DNA from: Candidatus Latescibacterota bacterium
GTDB lineage: Bacteria; Krumholzibacteriota; Krumholzibacteriia; WVZY01; JAKEHA01
Direction: 5' to 3'
NCBI GenBank assembly: GCA_963707635.1
Contig: OY970173.1
Span: 288,001 to 352,000 of the forward strand
Length of the DNA stretch: 64,000 bases
Shown: positions 42,401 to 52,200 of the stretch, piece after piece
Numbering within the stretch: position 1 is the first letter of the stretch
Layout of the letters: the number at the start of each line of letters is the position of its first letter
Notes under the pieces: generated by a model
Told to the model about the DNA's origin: nothing
Seen by the model: only the letters and a program-made list of their open reading frames with translations
Database searches by the model: none
Made by a program: the position numbers and the translations under genes

Positions 42401-42746
42401 CCGGGTGGTCCGTCTCGCGCGGCGCGCGATTCCGAGCGCGCTCAGCGTCGATACCGCGGGGAAGGCATTCGGCCGCGAGGTAGAGGCAGACCAGATTCAT
42501 CAGCACGAAGAGAAACGGCGCACCCGTGTGCTCGTTGACCATGGAGCCGGTGAACACCACCACCGCGATGCGGCTGGTGATGAATGCGAGCGTCGCGAGC
42601 GTGCGCTCGAAGAACCCGGCCGAGCTGGTGGTGATGGACTCCCGCCACAGCGTCAGCAGCACGACGGTGACGAGCACGCTGAAGAGCGCGATATAGGTGG
42701 TCGGCGAGCCGCCACCCTGGATCTGCGCAAAGAACGCCTGCGTCAT
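39441..42746 (-). CDS. Membrane sensor: TM region-GAF-HisKA-HATPase-GAF-degenerate HD-GYP
   Basis: HEFRTPLTSI, NLLHNASKF, DNGIGIP, GGTGIGL; C-terminal YDLG...HHENYDGSGYP...ARII...DTF...RPY. Confidence 0.9.
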   Translation of the reverse strand: MTQAFFAQIQGGGSPTTYIALFSVLVTVVLLTLWRESITTSSAGFFERTLATLAFITSRIAVVVFTGSMVNEHTGAPFLFVLMNLVCLYLAAECLPRGIDAERARNRAPRETDHPGEEEGTPAPRTHYDEWRSARYQAVVFGLIGGLAYAVVPQASGVKFTWLGFLAAITLGATVRVSGALFLVARSAGKEVRSALFVLTSALTASWLFVVAAGAAGGPSAATLIKAAQITDILALVAGLLSLQTNYIVLGSRLRHEVQDTGREAEQARAELTLLNRVASDMYEDSSSMIRRQHDHSRALRRQVEDLERMLEIGIRIQQHKNVKELLQMVAELVRESLGFDSVIIRVLNERTQSFEPKAYVGLNLEAQDAVMNHRISLAEYEMMIEPRFRVSRSYFLPAAPPASGAAGDERAPELVQDHWVDVERLIVPLVDDDAGEATIGYISVEEPEDPERSVVEVIDTLETISTLATIAIRNLNRYREVGEKNEKLKQYAEKLSGLNKMKSNFVATISHEFRTPLTSIKAYCETLLRNAESIDRPIMKEFLIVIEEESNRLMSLIEDILDFSQMESGAVRFERTSCSLNEIVSIAANELEKNFESKHITLHAQLPPTEVKVRAERDLMKQLVINLLHNASKFTPEGGKVWVRLEDEVVSARIIVEDNGIGIPEDQIEKIFDHFHQADGGTTRRHGGTGIGLAICKNIVEWHDGRIWVENVSGKGARFVVVVPKKQAVVRSELLSDYVPTRRFEVERYMELVVELIAELLNVKRASLMMVDGDGHELRIDTAIGLDEDVVQHARVKLGESVAGLVAQENNACLVRDVGHDRRLRDVAGVRRYESKSFLSVPVRKDGRVVGVINVTDPVGRDTLDDADHALLELFADRVVLALDALSRFKERSREFEDVRSTFKSILDAKRYVNARNADALSLALRDVAETLGMSAEENATLRYVFNVYDLGLAKVGQNIINQPRELTHEDRFSVEQHTIVGTDMLRPIEFIPRVRDAVLYHHENYDGSGYPGKLSGDEIPMDARIIRVADTFRALISHRPYQKQYSVNEAVEVLRHRAGTLFDPKVVEAFVAAVQRHAEKFQSEYPQVEGPAELDPLVR

Positions 42747-42773
42747 GTCGTACCGCCGTGCCCGTCGCTGCGC

Positions 42774-45700
42774 CTACGGCGCGCCCACCGGCGTCGCGTT
42801 CAACCGGCGCCGGTAGTCGCGCTCGTCCCGGGTCGAAAGCTTGCCGTCTTCCTTCAGCACAGCGATGAAGGCCTCGACCACGTCGCGATCGAACTGCGCG
42901 CCGGCGTTATCGACCAGTTCCTGCAGCGCCTGCTCGACCGTGCGGCGCTCCTTATAGGGTCTCCCGACCGTCATCGACTGGAACGCGTCGATCACCGCGA
43001 GAATGCGCGCACCCATCGGGATCTCATCGCCCTTCAAGCCCATCGGGTACCCCTGCCCGTCCCAACGCTCGTGGTGATACAGAATGATATTGCTCACCGC
43101 TTCGACGAATTCGAGCGGCCGGATCAACTCGGCGCCGCGCTCGGGATGGCGCTGGATCGCGCGCCGCTCCTCGGAGGTCAGATTCAGCGCCTTGTTGAGG
43201 ATGTCGTCGCTGATCTCGGTCATGCCGATGTCGTGCACACTGGCCACGTACTGGACCACGCTCACGTCCTTTTCGGACAGGTGGAGCTTGCGCGCGATCT
43301 TGACCGCGCTGTCCACCGCCTGCTCGATGACCTTGGTCTTGGTCTGCGTTTCGAGCATGCGCTTGAATGCTTCGATCGTGTCCTGCAGGAAGGTGTGCGA
43401 GTCTTCCACCACCCGCACGCGCTCCAGCGCGCGCGAGATGCGCTCGCTGAACGAGATCAGCAGGTTGAGGTCGTCGTGGTCGAACGGGTTCCCGTTGGTC
43501 TTGTTGTTCACATTGATGACCCCGACGATCACGTCGTTCACCCGCAGCGGCACGCTCAACAGGGAAACGGTCTCGTACTGCGGGTTGTTGGGCGCGCTGT
43601 AGATGTCGTTCTCCTCGATGTTGGCGATCAGCAGGGGCTCACCGCGCTCGGCCACCTTGCCCGCGATTCCGTACCCCACTTTCACGCGGGTGTTCTCGAC
43701 CACCCACTCGTCCAGGCCGAACGACATCTTGATGAACAGCTCGGACCGTGACTTGTCGAGCAGCATGAGCGACACCCGGCGCGCGTTCAGCAGCTCGGCG
43801 ATCATGCGCACGATCAGTTCGAGCATTTCGTGCAGCTGCTCTCTCGCGTCGACGACCTCCCCGATGTAGCCGATGAGGTCGTTGAAGCAGTGCTCGCGCG
43901 GCAGCGTGAAATAGAAGGTGCTGCCCGCGCCTTCCTTGCTCTCCGCGCGGACGGTGCCGCCGTGCTGCTCCACGATGTTCTTCACGATCGCGAGCCCGAG
44001 GCCGAGCCCTTCCATCGTGGATTGCTTCTGCTGGCGCGCGCGGAAGTACTTGTCGAACACGCTGCCCAGCTCGTCCTCCGGAATGCCCATCCCCTGATCC
44101 GCGATCGCCACCACGATGTTCACCGCTTCCTCGCGCGCGCGCACCGTCACCGTGGTCCCGCGCGGCGAGTACTTGATCGCGTTCGAGATCAGGTTGATGA
44201 ACACCTGTTTGATCAGATCCGGGTCGCCTTCGATGCGCGGCAGGTCGGAAGCGATCTGGACCGACAAGGCCACCCCGTTTTCGCGCAGCGCGGGGTCCAG
44301 CATGGACACGACATCGTCGACCACCGCGTGGAGGTCCATCGGGGCGCGCGTCAGCGGGCGCTGCCCGAACTCGATCTTCGACACGTCGAGGATGTCGTTG
44401 ACGATGCGAATCAGCCGGTTCGTCTCTTTGTTCACGATGTCCAGGAACTCGTGCTTGTGCTCGAAGCCGGGGTCGTTGATGTTGTCGACGAGCGTTTCCA
44501 CGTACGCCTTGATCGAAGTCAGCGGCGTGCGCAACTCGTGCGACACGTGGTTGACGAAGTCGGATTTGAGAATGCTCGTCTTCTGGAGCATGTCGACCTG
44601 CCGGTCCATGTCGCGGATCTTGCGTTCCAGCGAGTCGTAGAGGCGGCTCTTCTCGATCGCCACCGAGAGCTGCTGACTCAGCGTCGTTAGGAGGCGCATG
44701 TGTGCGTCGGTAGCGGCTTTAGGAGCGAAGTCGCCGACGTAGATCACGCCGACCACTTGCTTGCCGGTCGAGAGCGGAAAGGCGACCAGGGAGCGAATGC
44801 CGAAGCGCTGCAGCACGTCGCTGCAGTTGGCGCGGCGATCGCGTTGCGTGTCTTCCACGACGATCGGCGTATTGTGGGTCCAGATCCATTCGTTGAGGCC
44901 GCCGCGGCGCATGCGCTTGTCGAGCTTGATGTCGCGATTCTGGTTGAGCCCGACGAACACCGAATGCACGACCTCCTGCTTCTGGTTGAACAGGACGATG
45001 CTCGCCCACGGGCGCTCGACCAGCAGCGTGGCTTCCTTGGCCACGATCTTGAGCAGGGTCTCGAGCGACATCGCGGCGTTGATGCCCGTGCTGATGTCGT
45101 AGAGGCGGGCCAGTTCGTTGATCCGGTTCTCGGACTCCTCGCGCTTCTTGCGCAGCCGTTCCAGGGAGACATTCATCCGGTCCTGGAACGCGTGGGAGAG
45201 GAAGATGACGAGGCTGACAAACGCGCCCATCACCAGTAGCGAGCCCGCCAGGTAGTGCCCGTTTTGATAGACGCCCGGGGCGCTCCGGTACACGGTGAAG
45301 TGCTGGATGCTCCCGTCCATTTCCAGGAAGCCGAGCAGACCGATCGACGCCAGCGACGCCGAGACGAAGCAGGCGACCGTCACCTTCCACGGGAAGGTAT
45401 TGCACACGAGGAACAGAGGGATCGTGAGCATGAACAGGAACGGGCTCTCGATCGTGCCGGTGCAGTGGATGAGCGCGATCACCGCCGCGAGGTCGACGTA
45501 GCTCGAATACCACAGCAACGCGGAGCTCTTGCGCAGCTTGCTCCAGCCGAACCGCTCGCCGACCGTTTCCCACAACCACTCCCCGCTGTACTGGAGGAAT
45601 GCGGCGACGAGGAACAGGCCCACCAGCAAATCCGTGCGGTACGTGAAATCGCCGAGGTATCGTGCCGCAAACACGATCCCGAAGAAGGCGAACAACTCGA

Positions 45701-45779
45701 CGAATCTCAAATACAGAATGCTCAACGGACTCGACTCCAACGCCCGGGGGCTCGGGTCCCAGGCAAAATCGCGGGTCAT
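42774..45779 (-). CDS. Membrane sensor: TM region-GAF-HisKA-HATPase-GAF-HD-GYP
   Basis: HELRTPLTSI, NLISNAIKY, DQGMGIP, GLGLGL; C-terminal HDIGM...HHERWDGQGYP...RPYK; ATGA overlap at 45779. Confidence 0.9.
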   Translation of the reverse strand: MTRDFAWDPSPRALESSPLSILYLRFVELFAFFGIVFAARYLGDFTYRTDLLVGLFLVAAFLQYSGEWLWETVGERFGWSKLRKSSALLWYSSYVDLAAVIALIHCTGTIESPFLFMLTIPLFLVCNTFPWKVTVACFVSASLASIGLLGFLEMDGSIQHFTVYRSAPGVYQNGHYLAGSLLVMGAFVSLVIFLSHAFQDRMNVSLERLRKKREESENRINELARLYDISTGINAAMSLETLLKIVAKEATLLVERPWASIVLFNQKQEVVHSVFVGLNQNRDIKLDKRMRRGGLNEWIWTHNTPIVVEDTQRDRRANCSDVLQRFGIRSLVAFPLSTGKQVVGVIYVGDFAPKAATDAHMRLLTTLSQQLSVAIEKSRLYDSLERKIRDMDRQVDMLQKTSILKSDFVNHVSHELRTPLTSIKAYVETLVDNINDPGFEHKHEFLDIVNKETNRLIRIVNDILDVSKIEFGQRPLTRAPMDLHAVVDDVVSMLDPALRENGVALSVQIASDLPRIEGDPDLIKQVFINLISNAIKYSPRGTTVTVRAREEAVNIVVAIADQGMGIPEDELGSVFDKYFRARQQKQSTMEGLGLGLAIVKNIVEQHGGTVRAESKEGAGSTFYFTLPREHCFNDLIGYIGEVVDAREQLHEMLELIVRMIAELLNARRVSLMLLDKSRSELFIKMSFGLDEWVVENTRVKVGYGIAGKVAERGEPLLIANIEENDIYSAPNNPQYETVSLLSVPLRVNDVIVGVINVNNKTNGNPFDHDDLNLLISFSERISRALERVRVVEDSHTFLQDTIEAFKRMLETQTKTKVIEQAVDSAVKIARKLHLSEKDVSVVQYVASVHDIGMTEISDDILNKALNLTSEERRAIQRHPERGAELIRPLEFVEAVSNIILYHHERWDGQGYPMGLKGDEIPMGARILAVIDAFQSMTVGRPYKERRTVEQALQELVDNAGAQFDRDVVEAFIAVLKEDGKLSTRDERDYRRRLNATPVGAP

Positions 45780-46606
45780 GGCCGCACTCCCTCCGGCTCC
45801 CCTCCCGGTGAGAGTGGCAACGTAACGAACACCGTCGTCCCCTTGCCCGCCTCGCTGCGCACGGACACTTCGCCGTCGCACATATCGACCAGGCTCCGAA
45901 CCAGGGTCAGCCCCAGTCCCGAGCCGCGGGTTTTTCCTTCTTCCAATCTGACAAACGGCATGAAGATCCGCTTCACGTCTTCCGGCGCGATGCCCTCGCC
46001 CTGGTCGATCACGCGCAGCTTGAGCAGCTCACGGTCGCCCGGCCCGCGCTGGTCGCGCCCCACCTCCGCCTCGATTCGCACCGCGGTCGAGGCGCTGGAG
46101 TAGTTGAGCGCGTTTTCGACCAGGTTCAGCACGATCATCTTGAGCGCGTTTCGATTCACCGGCGCGGGCGGCAGCGCGTTGCCGGAGACGATGCGCACGC
46201 GCGCCCGGCCGCCGAGTGTGCGCGGGAGGTGTTCGATCGCCTCGTCGATCACTTCCACGACGTCGACCTTCTCGGCCGCCGGCGTTCCCGCCGCGCCGTC
46301 CACCTTGAGCAGGTCCAGAAAGAACGTATTGAGCTCGTCGAGGAGCTCGCACTCGCCCCGCGCCTTTTCGATGTACGCCGTCGCGTCGGTGAGCCCCGCT
46401 TTGGCCACGTCGTCCCGCGCGATCTCCAGGTAGCCCGCGATCGCGGTGGTCGGCCGCCGAATCTCGTGGCCCATCACCAGGCGTGTCGACGCCATGATGC
46501 GCCGGTAACGCTCGAGCCGCGCGCGCAGCTGGTTCGCCTCGATGCGCGCGTCGTTCAGGAGCGCTTCGAGGACCGCCGTTTTGTCTTCCGCCGTTCGGAT
46601 GTTCAT
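45776..46606 (-). CDS. Cytoplasmic histidine kinase without a sensor domain
   Basis: Short coiled coil, then HEIRRP H-box, NLVENALNY, DQGEGI, IFMPF, GSGLGL. Confidence 0.88.
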   Translation of the reverse strand: MNIRTAEDKTAVLEALLNDARIEANQLRARLERYRRIMASTRLVMGHEIRRPTTAIAGYLEIARDDVAKAGLTDATAYIEKARGECELLDELNTFFLDLLKVDGAAGTPAAEKVDVVEVIDEAIEHLPRTLGGRARVRIVSGNALPPAPVNRNALKMIVLNLVENALNYSSASTAVRIEAEVGRDQRGPGDRELLKLRVIDQGEGIAPEDVKRIFMPFVRLEEGKTRGSGLGLTLVRSLVDMCDGEVSVRSEAGKGTTVFVTLPLSPGGEPEGVRP

Positions 46607-46633
46607 GTTTTTCGTCCCCGCGCCGCCCCGGCG

Positions 46634-47614
46634 TCAGCCGGCCTCGCGCGTCCGCGACGGGTGCACGCCGTCCTGCCGGCGCTCCTTCACCACCACGCTG
46701 CCTTCGATCCGCTTGCCGTATTCCTTGAGGCTCGTCGCGATGTCGTTCACCTCTGCGAAGTGTTCGATCTGGTTGTCGGTGCTCTTCACCAGCGCGATCG
46801 TGACCGCCATTACCGGGATCTTCTTCAGCTCGCCCTGGCGATCGCGGATCTCGAGGTAGCCGCGCTTGACGTCCTTGGGGTCGAGCTTCATCAGCGAGCC
46901 GCGGTCGAACTCGTCGACCACGTACTGCGCCATGATTTCCGCGCGCGACGGCGTGGCCACCAGCACGAAGTCGTCGCCGCCGATGTGGCCGATGAAGTCG
47001 TCCTTGCCGCCGAGCTTTTCGATCGTGCGCCGCAGGATGTCGGCCAGAAAGCCGATGATCTCGTCACCCTTCTGGTAGCCGTAGTAGTCGTTGAAGCCCT
47101 TGAAGTTGTCGATGTCGATATACAGAAACGCGAACTGCTTCTTCTGCGCGATGCGCGCGATCATCTCGCGCTCGATCGCGGTGTTCCCGGGCAGACCGGT
47201 GAGCGGATTGGCTTCCTTCTGACGGATGTTCCACTCGAGCACATTCTTGACGCGCAGCAGGAGTTCCTCGTTCGAGTAGGGCTTGACCAGGTAGTCGTTC
47301 GCGCCGCCCTCGAGCCCCGCGACGCGATCGCGCTGCTCGCCGCGGGCGGAGAGCATGATCACGGGAATCTGGTTCAACGAGAAATCCTGTCGCATTTTGC
47401 GACACACCTCGTAGCCATCGACCTTCGGCATCATCACATCGAGCAGCACCAGATTGGGCTTCAGCTCGGCCGCCTGTTTCAGCGCATCCTCCCCGTCGGA
47501 CGCCAGATACACCTGGTAGCCCGCACGCTCGAGTGTGAAGCGCAGGATCTGCCGGATGTGCGGCTCGTCGTCGGCAATGAGGATGCGATAGCTCGAGTTC
47601 TCGGGTGCGTGCAT
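46634..47614 (-). CDS. Response regulator with GGDEF-family domain (GGDDF)
   Basis: REC motifs (ADDE, LDVMMP, KPY); NPLTGLPGN, DIDNFKGFNDYYGYQKGD, GHIGGDDF. Confidence 0.92.
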   Translation of the reverse strand: MHAPENSSYRILIADDEPHIRQILRFTLERAGYQVYLASDGEDALKQAAELKPNLVLLDVMMPKVDGYEVCRKMRQDFSLNQIPVIMLSARGEQRDRVAGLEGGANDYLVKPYSNEELLLRVKNVLEWNIRQKEANPLTGLPGNTAIEREMIARIAQKKQFAFLYIDIDNFKGFNDYYGYQKGDEIIGFLADILRRTIEKLGGKDDFIGHIGGDDFVLVATPSRAEIMAQYVVDEFDRGSLMKLDPKDVKRGYLEIRDRQGELKKIPVMAVTIALVKSTDNQIEHFAEVNDIATSLKEYGKRIEGSVVVKERRQDGVHPSRTREAG

Positions 47615-47670
47615 GTCGGCCCGTGCTGTCGAACGTGAACTGCTGAAAACACTTATCCCACTTCGGACGG

Positions 47671-47686
47671 GCAAGGAACATGCCAA
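47671..47686 (-). promoter_or_regulatory. sigma54 (-24/-12) promoter of the signalling operon
   Basis: TTGGCAT-GTTCC-TTGC with exact spacing, ~57 nt upstream of ATG 47614. Confidence 0.75.
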
Positions 47687-47831
47687 GGGTTCCCGCCCCT
47701 CGCGGAGCGTGAGGGTGCGACGACGAACCGCTCGCTTGCACGATCCGCGCCGGGGAATCGCGGTCGGCGCGCCGCGCTACGACGCGGAATGAGCAGGAAT
47801 CATGGAGAGCTAGAGGGAGCGATCGGAAACG

Positions 47832-48842
47832 TCAGTCCACCCACGAGACAATCGCCCCGCGGGTGAAAACGTCGAGAGAGAGGCCGTGGTCACGCCCCGA
47901 CGAGATCAGGATCTCCGCCGTGCGCGCGACCATCGCCCCGTTGTCCGTGCAGTACTCGAGCAACGGCGCGTGATAGGAAATCCCCGCCGCCTCGCACGCG
48001 GCCTGCATGGCCGCGCGCAGCGGGCGGTTCGCCGCCACGCCGCCGGCGAGGTACGCGTGGCGAACACCACGCTCCCTCGCGCACGCGACCGTCCGGTCGA
48101 CCAGCACGTCGACGATCGCCGCCTGCGCCGAGGCCGCCACGTCGGCGACGTCGCGAGAGGTCAGCGCCGGGCGCGCGTCCACGTACTGCCGCACCGCGGT
48201 CTTCAAGCCAGAGAACGAGAAATCGAACCCGTCGCGGCCGAGCATCGCGCGCGGGAAATCGATGGCGCGCGGGTCGCCGGTTTCGGCCACGCGTTGCACC
48301 GCGGGACCGCCCGGAAAGCCCAGGCCAAGGAGTTTCGCGATCTTGTCGAATGCTTCTCCCGCCGCGTCGTCGCGCGTCCCGCCCGCCAGCTGGTAGCGGC
48401 CGACGCGCTCGACGTAATAGAGAGACGTGTGTCCACCCGAAACCACCAGCACCACGCACGGAGTCTGGAGCGCGTCGCCCTGCAGCTCGTTCGAGAGGAC
48501 GTGGGCTTCTATGTGGTGCACGCCCACCACCGGCTTCTCGAGACCGAGTGCCAGCGACTTCGCGAAGCCGACGCCGACCAGGAGCGATCCCACCAGCCCG
48601 GGCCCGTTGCTGACACCAATGCCGGCGAGGTCGCCGCCCTCCAACCCCGCGCGGGCCAGCAGCGCGTCGTAGACCGAGAGCAGCGTGCGCATGTGCTGGC
48701 GCGACGCGATCTCCGGCACGACGCCGCCGTACTCTTCGTGGATCAGCTGGCTCGCGGTGAGATTGGCGAGCACGCCGCGGCCGCGCGCATAGAGCGCGAG
48801 CGACGTGTCGTCGCATGACGTTTCGATGCCGAGCACGATCAT
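47832..48842 (-). CDS. tsaD: tRNA N6-adenosine threonylcarbamoyltransferase
   Basis: LGIETSCDDT, GGVVPEIASRQH, HHIEAH, VSGGHT, DDAAGEAFDK, FSFSGLKT, CTDNGAM. Confidence 0.97.
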   Translation of the reverse strand: MIVLGIETSCDDTSLALYARGRGVLANLTASQLIHEEYGGVVPEIASRQHMRTLLSVYDALLARAGLEGGDLAGIGVSNGPGLVGSLLVGVGFAKSLALGLEKPVVGVHHIEAHVLSNELQGDALQTPCVVLVVSGGHTSLYYVERVGRYQLAGGTRDDAAGEAFDKIAKLLGLGFPGGPAVQRVAETGDPRAIDFPRAMLGRDGFDFSFSGLKTAVRQYVDARPALTSRDVADVAASAQAAIVDVLVDRTVACARERGVRHAYLAGGVAANRPLRAAMQAACEAAGISYHAPLLEYCTDNGAMVARTAEILISSGRDHGLSLDVFTRGAIVSWVD

Positions 48843-48865
48843 GGGATGGGCCGCCTGCGCAGCGG

Positions 48866-49248
<383 letters not shown>

Positions 49249-49279
49249 GTGCTAATGTTGTTTGAACCTGCCCCGAACT

Positions 49280-52200
49280 ATGAGCGACACCCTCCACCAG
49301 AAGCTCCGCGAGATCGTCGAGGACGTCCACGAGGACCTGATGCGCTCGCTCGTGGACGCGCCGCCGCCTGAGCGCAAGGCCGCGCGGTCGCCGTTCGAGA
49401 CGCGCCTCGCCGCGTGCGGCTTCGGCGCTTCAGCGTCCACCGTCACGAGTTTCCGCGGCGCGTGCGTTCGCATGCTCGCCGCCGATCTCGGCGACGAGGC
49501 GGTGGTCGAAATCGTCGAGGCGTGCCGGCGGAGCGCGGCGCCCGACGCCGCCATTCGAAACCTCGAGCGCTATCTCGAGAACACCACCAACCCGTCGATC
49601 TTCCTGCGCACGATGCTGGCCGCCCCGCCGGTGCTCCATCTGGTCACGACCGTGTTCAGCACCAGCCAGCACCTGGCCGACATCCTGGTGCGCCAGCCCG
49701 GTTTCGTGTACTGGCTCATGGAGCAACAAACCTGGGACACGCCCGACACCGTCGAAAGCTACGAGGCCTGGCTCGCGGCCGAGGTGGACCGCTTTCGCAC
49801 GGTGGAAGGCAAGCTCAACGCGGTGCGACGCACGCACCGCCAGGCGCTGCTCAAGATCGGCGTGCTCGACACGGTGAGCGGCGCGCCGGTCGAAGAAGTC
49901 ACGCGGCGCTTGAGCGAGCTGGCCGACGCGTGCGCACGCACCGTGCTCGAGATCGTGGTGGACGAGATCGCGGGCGACGACACCTTCCCGCGCGCGCTGG
50001 CCATAATCGCCCTGGGCAAGCTCGGCGGCCTCGAACTCAATTACAGCAGCGACATCGACTTGATCTTCGTTTCCGAGCACACGGACGACGAGACGATGCA
50101 TCATTACATTCGGGTCGCGCGCCGCTTCACCGACGCCGTGTCCGCGTTGACCGACGAGGGGTATCTCTATCGCGTCGACCTGCGACTGCGCCCCGACGGC
50201 AAGGCGGGCCCGCTGGTCAACTCCGAGGATTCGCTTCGCATCTACTACGAGAACCGCGGTCGCCCGTGGGAGTTTCAGGCGCTCCTGAAGGCGCGCACGA
50301 TCGCGGGCGACCTCGCGCTGGGCGCGCGCGTGCTGGAATCGCTGGCCAAGCTCGTCTACAGCACCACGCTTCCCTACTCGCCGCTCGAAGCGGTCGGCGC
50401 CATGCGCGACCAGATCAAGGACAACGTGCCCGCCAACCAACGGGGCCACAACATCAAGCTCATGAGCGGCGGGATCCGCGACGTCGAATTCGTCGCCCAG
50501 GCGATGCAGCTCATGCACGCGCACACCCACGCCGAACTGCGCACGCCGACCACGCTGGTCGCGCTGTCGAGGCTCCGCCAACTCGGGCTCATGAAGGAGT
50601 GGGACGTCGACAACCTCGCGGCCGCGTATCGATTCTTTCGCCTGGTCGAGCACCGGTTGCAGATGATGCACCAGCTGCAGACCCACACGCTCCCCGACTC
50701 GGACGCCGAGATCGTGCTGCTCGCGCGCCGCGTGTCCAACGGGCCGCTCGGGACGTTCACCGCGGATTCGTTCGTCGAGACGCTCTCGAAGCATCTGAAT
50801 AATGTGCGGACGTTCGCCGATAGTTTCTTCGCGGGCGAAGCCATTCACCCGCACTCGGTCCTGCTCATGCTCCCCGAGGACAGCGAGCGCGCGGTGAGCA
50901 TCCTCTCGCCGTACGGGTTCTCCGACGTGGGGCGCGCCACCCGCACGCTCCACGCGATGGCGTACGGGTCGTTTCCGCGCCTGCTCGACCGGCGTGCGCG
51001 CGCCGCCTTCGAAGCGCTGCTGCCGCATTTGCTCGCCGAGGTCGCGGCCATGGGGGACCCCGACCTGGCGCTCGTCAACATCGCCCAGATCTCCGCCGCC
51101 GAGAAGAGCGAGGCGGCGTTCTATCGGATGCTCGCCGACTCGGCGGCCGCGCGGCGACTGCTGGTCGGTCTCGCGGGGATGTCGTCGCTCTTGACCCGCG
51201 AGCTGTGCGCCCAGATCGGCGCCCTGGACTCGCTGGTAGAGGGAGGCGGCGAGTTGGACGCCGCGGTCGACGCGATGCTGACCGATGTTCCCGAATGGGA
51301 GCGATTCTCCGCACGGGAGGCCGTGGTTCGCGGAGGCACTGCGGCCGCGACCGACCGCCAGGCCCGCCAATGCCAGTGGGTCGAGCGGCTGCGCCTCTAC
51401 GCCTTCGGAGAAGCCCTGCACCGGCGGTTCCATCGCGGCCCGCACGGGTTGACCGGCGAGGTCGCCCGCGCGCACGGCGCGCGTTTACACATGGCCGCCG
51501 CGTTCGACGAGATGGTCCCCGAGAAGGAGCGCGTGGCGGTCTTCGCCCTCGGTTCGTACGGAGTCGGCGAGCCGCGCATCACCAGCGACCTCGACCTCGT
51601 CGTGGTCGCCGACGGCGTCGACCTTCCCGACCTGATGCAGCGCGTGCAGGTCATCAATCAGTGGTTCACCGATGGGCGCATTCTCAAGCTCGATTTTCGC
51701 CTGCGCGCGGAAGGCGCGAGTGCCCCGCTGGTCCAGGATCTCGCGTTCTACGAGGACTACTTTCGCGCGCGCGCGTCGCTCTGGGAGCGGGTGGCGTTTG
51801 CCAAGTGCGCGCCCTGGTGGGGCGGCGAAGAAATCAAGCGCGCGTTCATGCGCAAGCTCCGCGCCTTCGTCGCGCGGCCGTTCTCACCGGACGAGATCGC
51901 GCGGCTGGCGGAGGTGCGCCGGTCGGTTGAACACATTGCTCCGCGGCATTTTTCGGAGTGGGACACCAAGCGCTCCGCCGGCGGCCGTTACGACATCGAG
52001 TACCTGACCGCGCTCGGCATGGCCGCGACCTGCGCGGACCGGCTGGACTATTTCACGATGAGCACGCGCGAGCGCATCGACGCGCTGGTGGGGACGGGAT
52101 TCGTGTTTGCCGACCACGGGGTCGCGCTGCGCGATGCGGTCGACCAGTTCACCCTGGTCGAGCACGTCATGGAGCTGCAGGAGATGACGCACCCCGGGAA

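Noticed and set aside
46634..47200. Hypr-type GGDEF (3',3'-cGAMP synthase)
   Set aside because: The specificity position is Asp (QKGD), not the Ser/Thr of Hypr enzymes.
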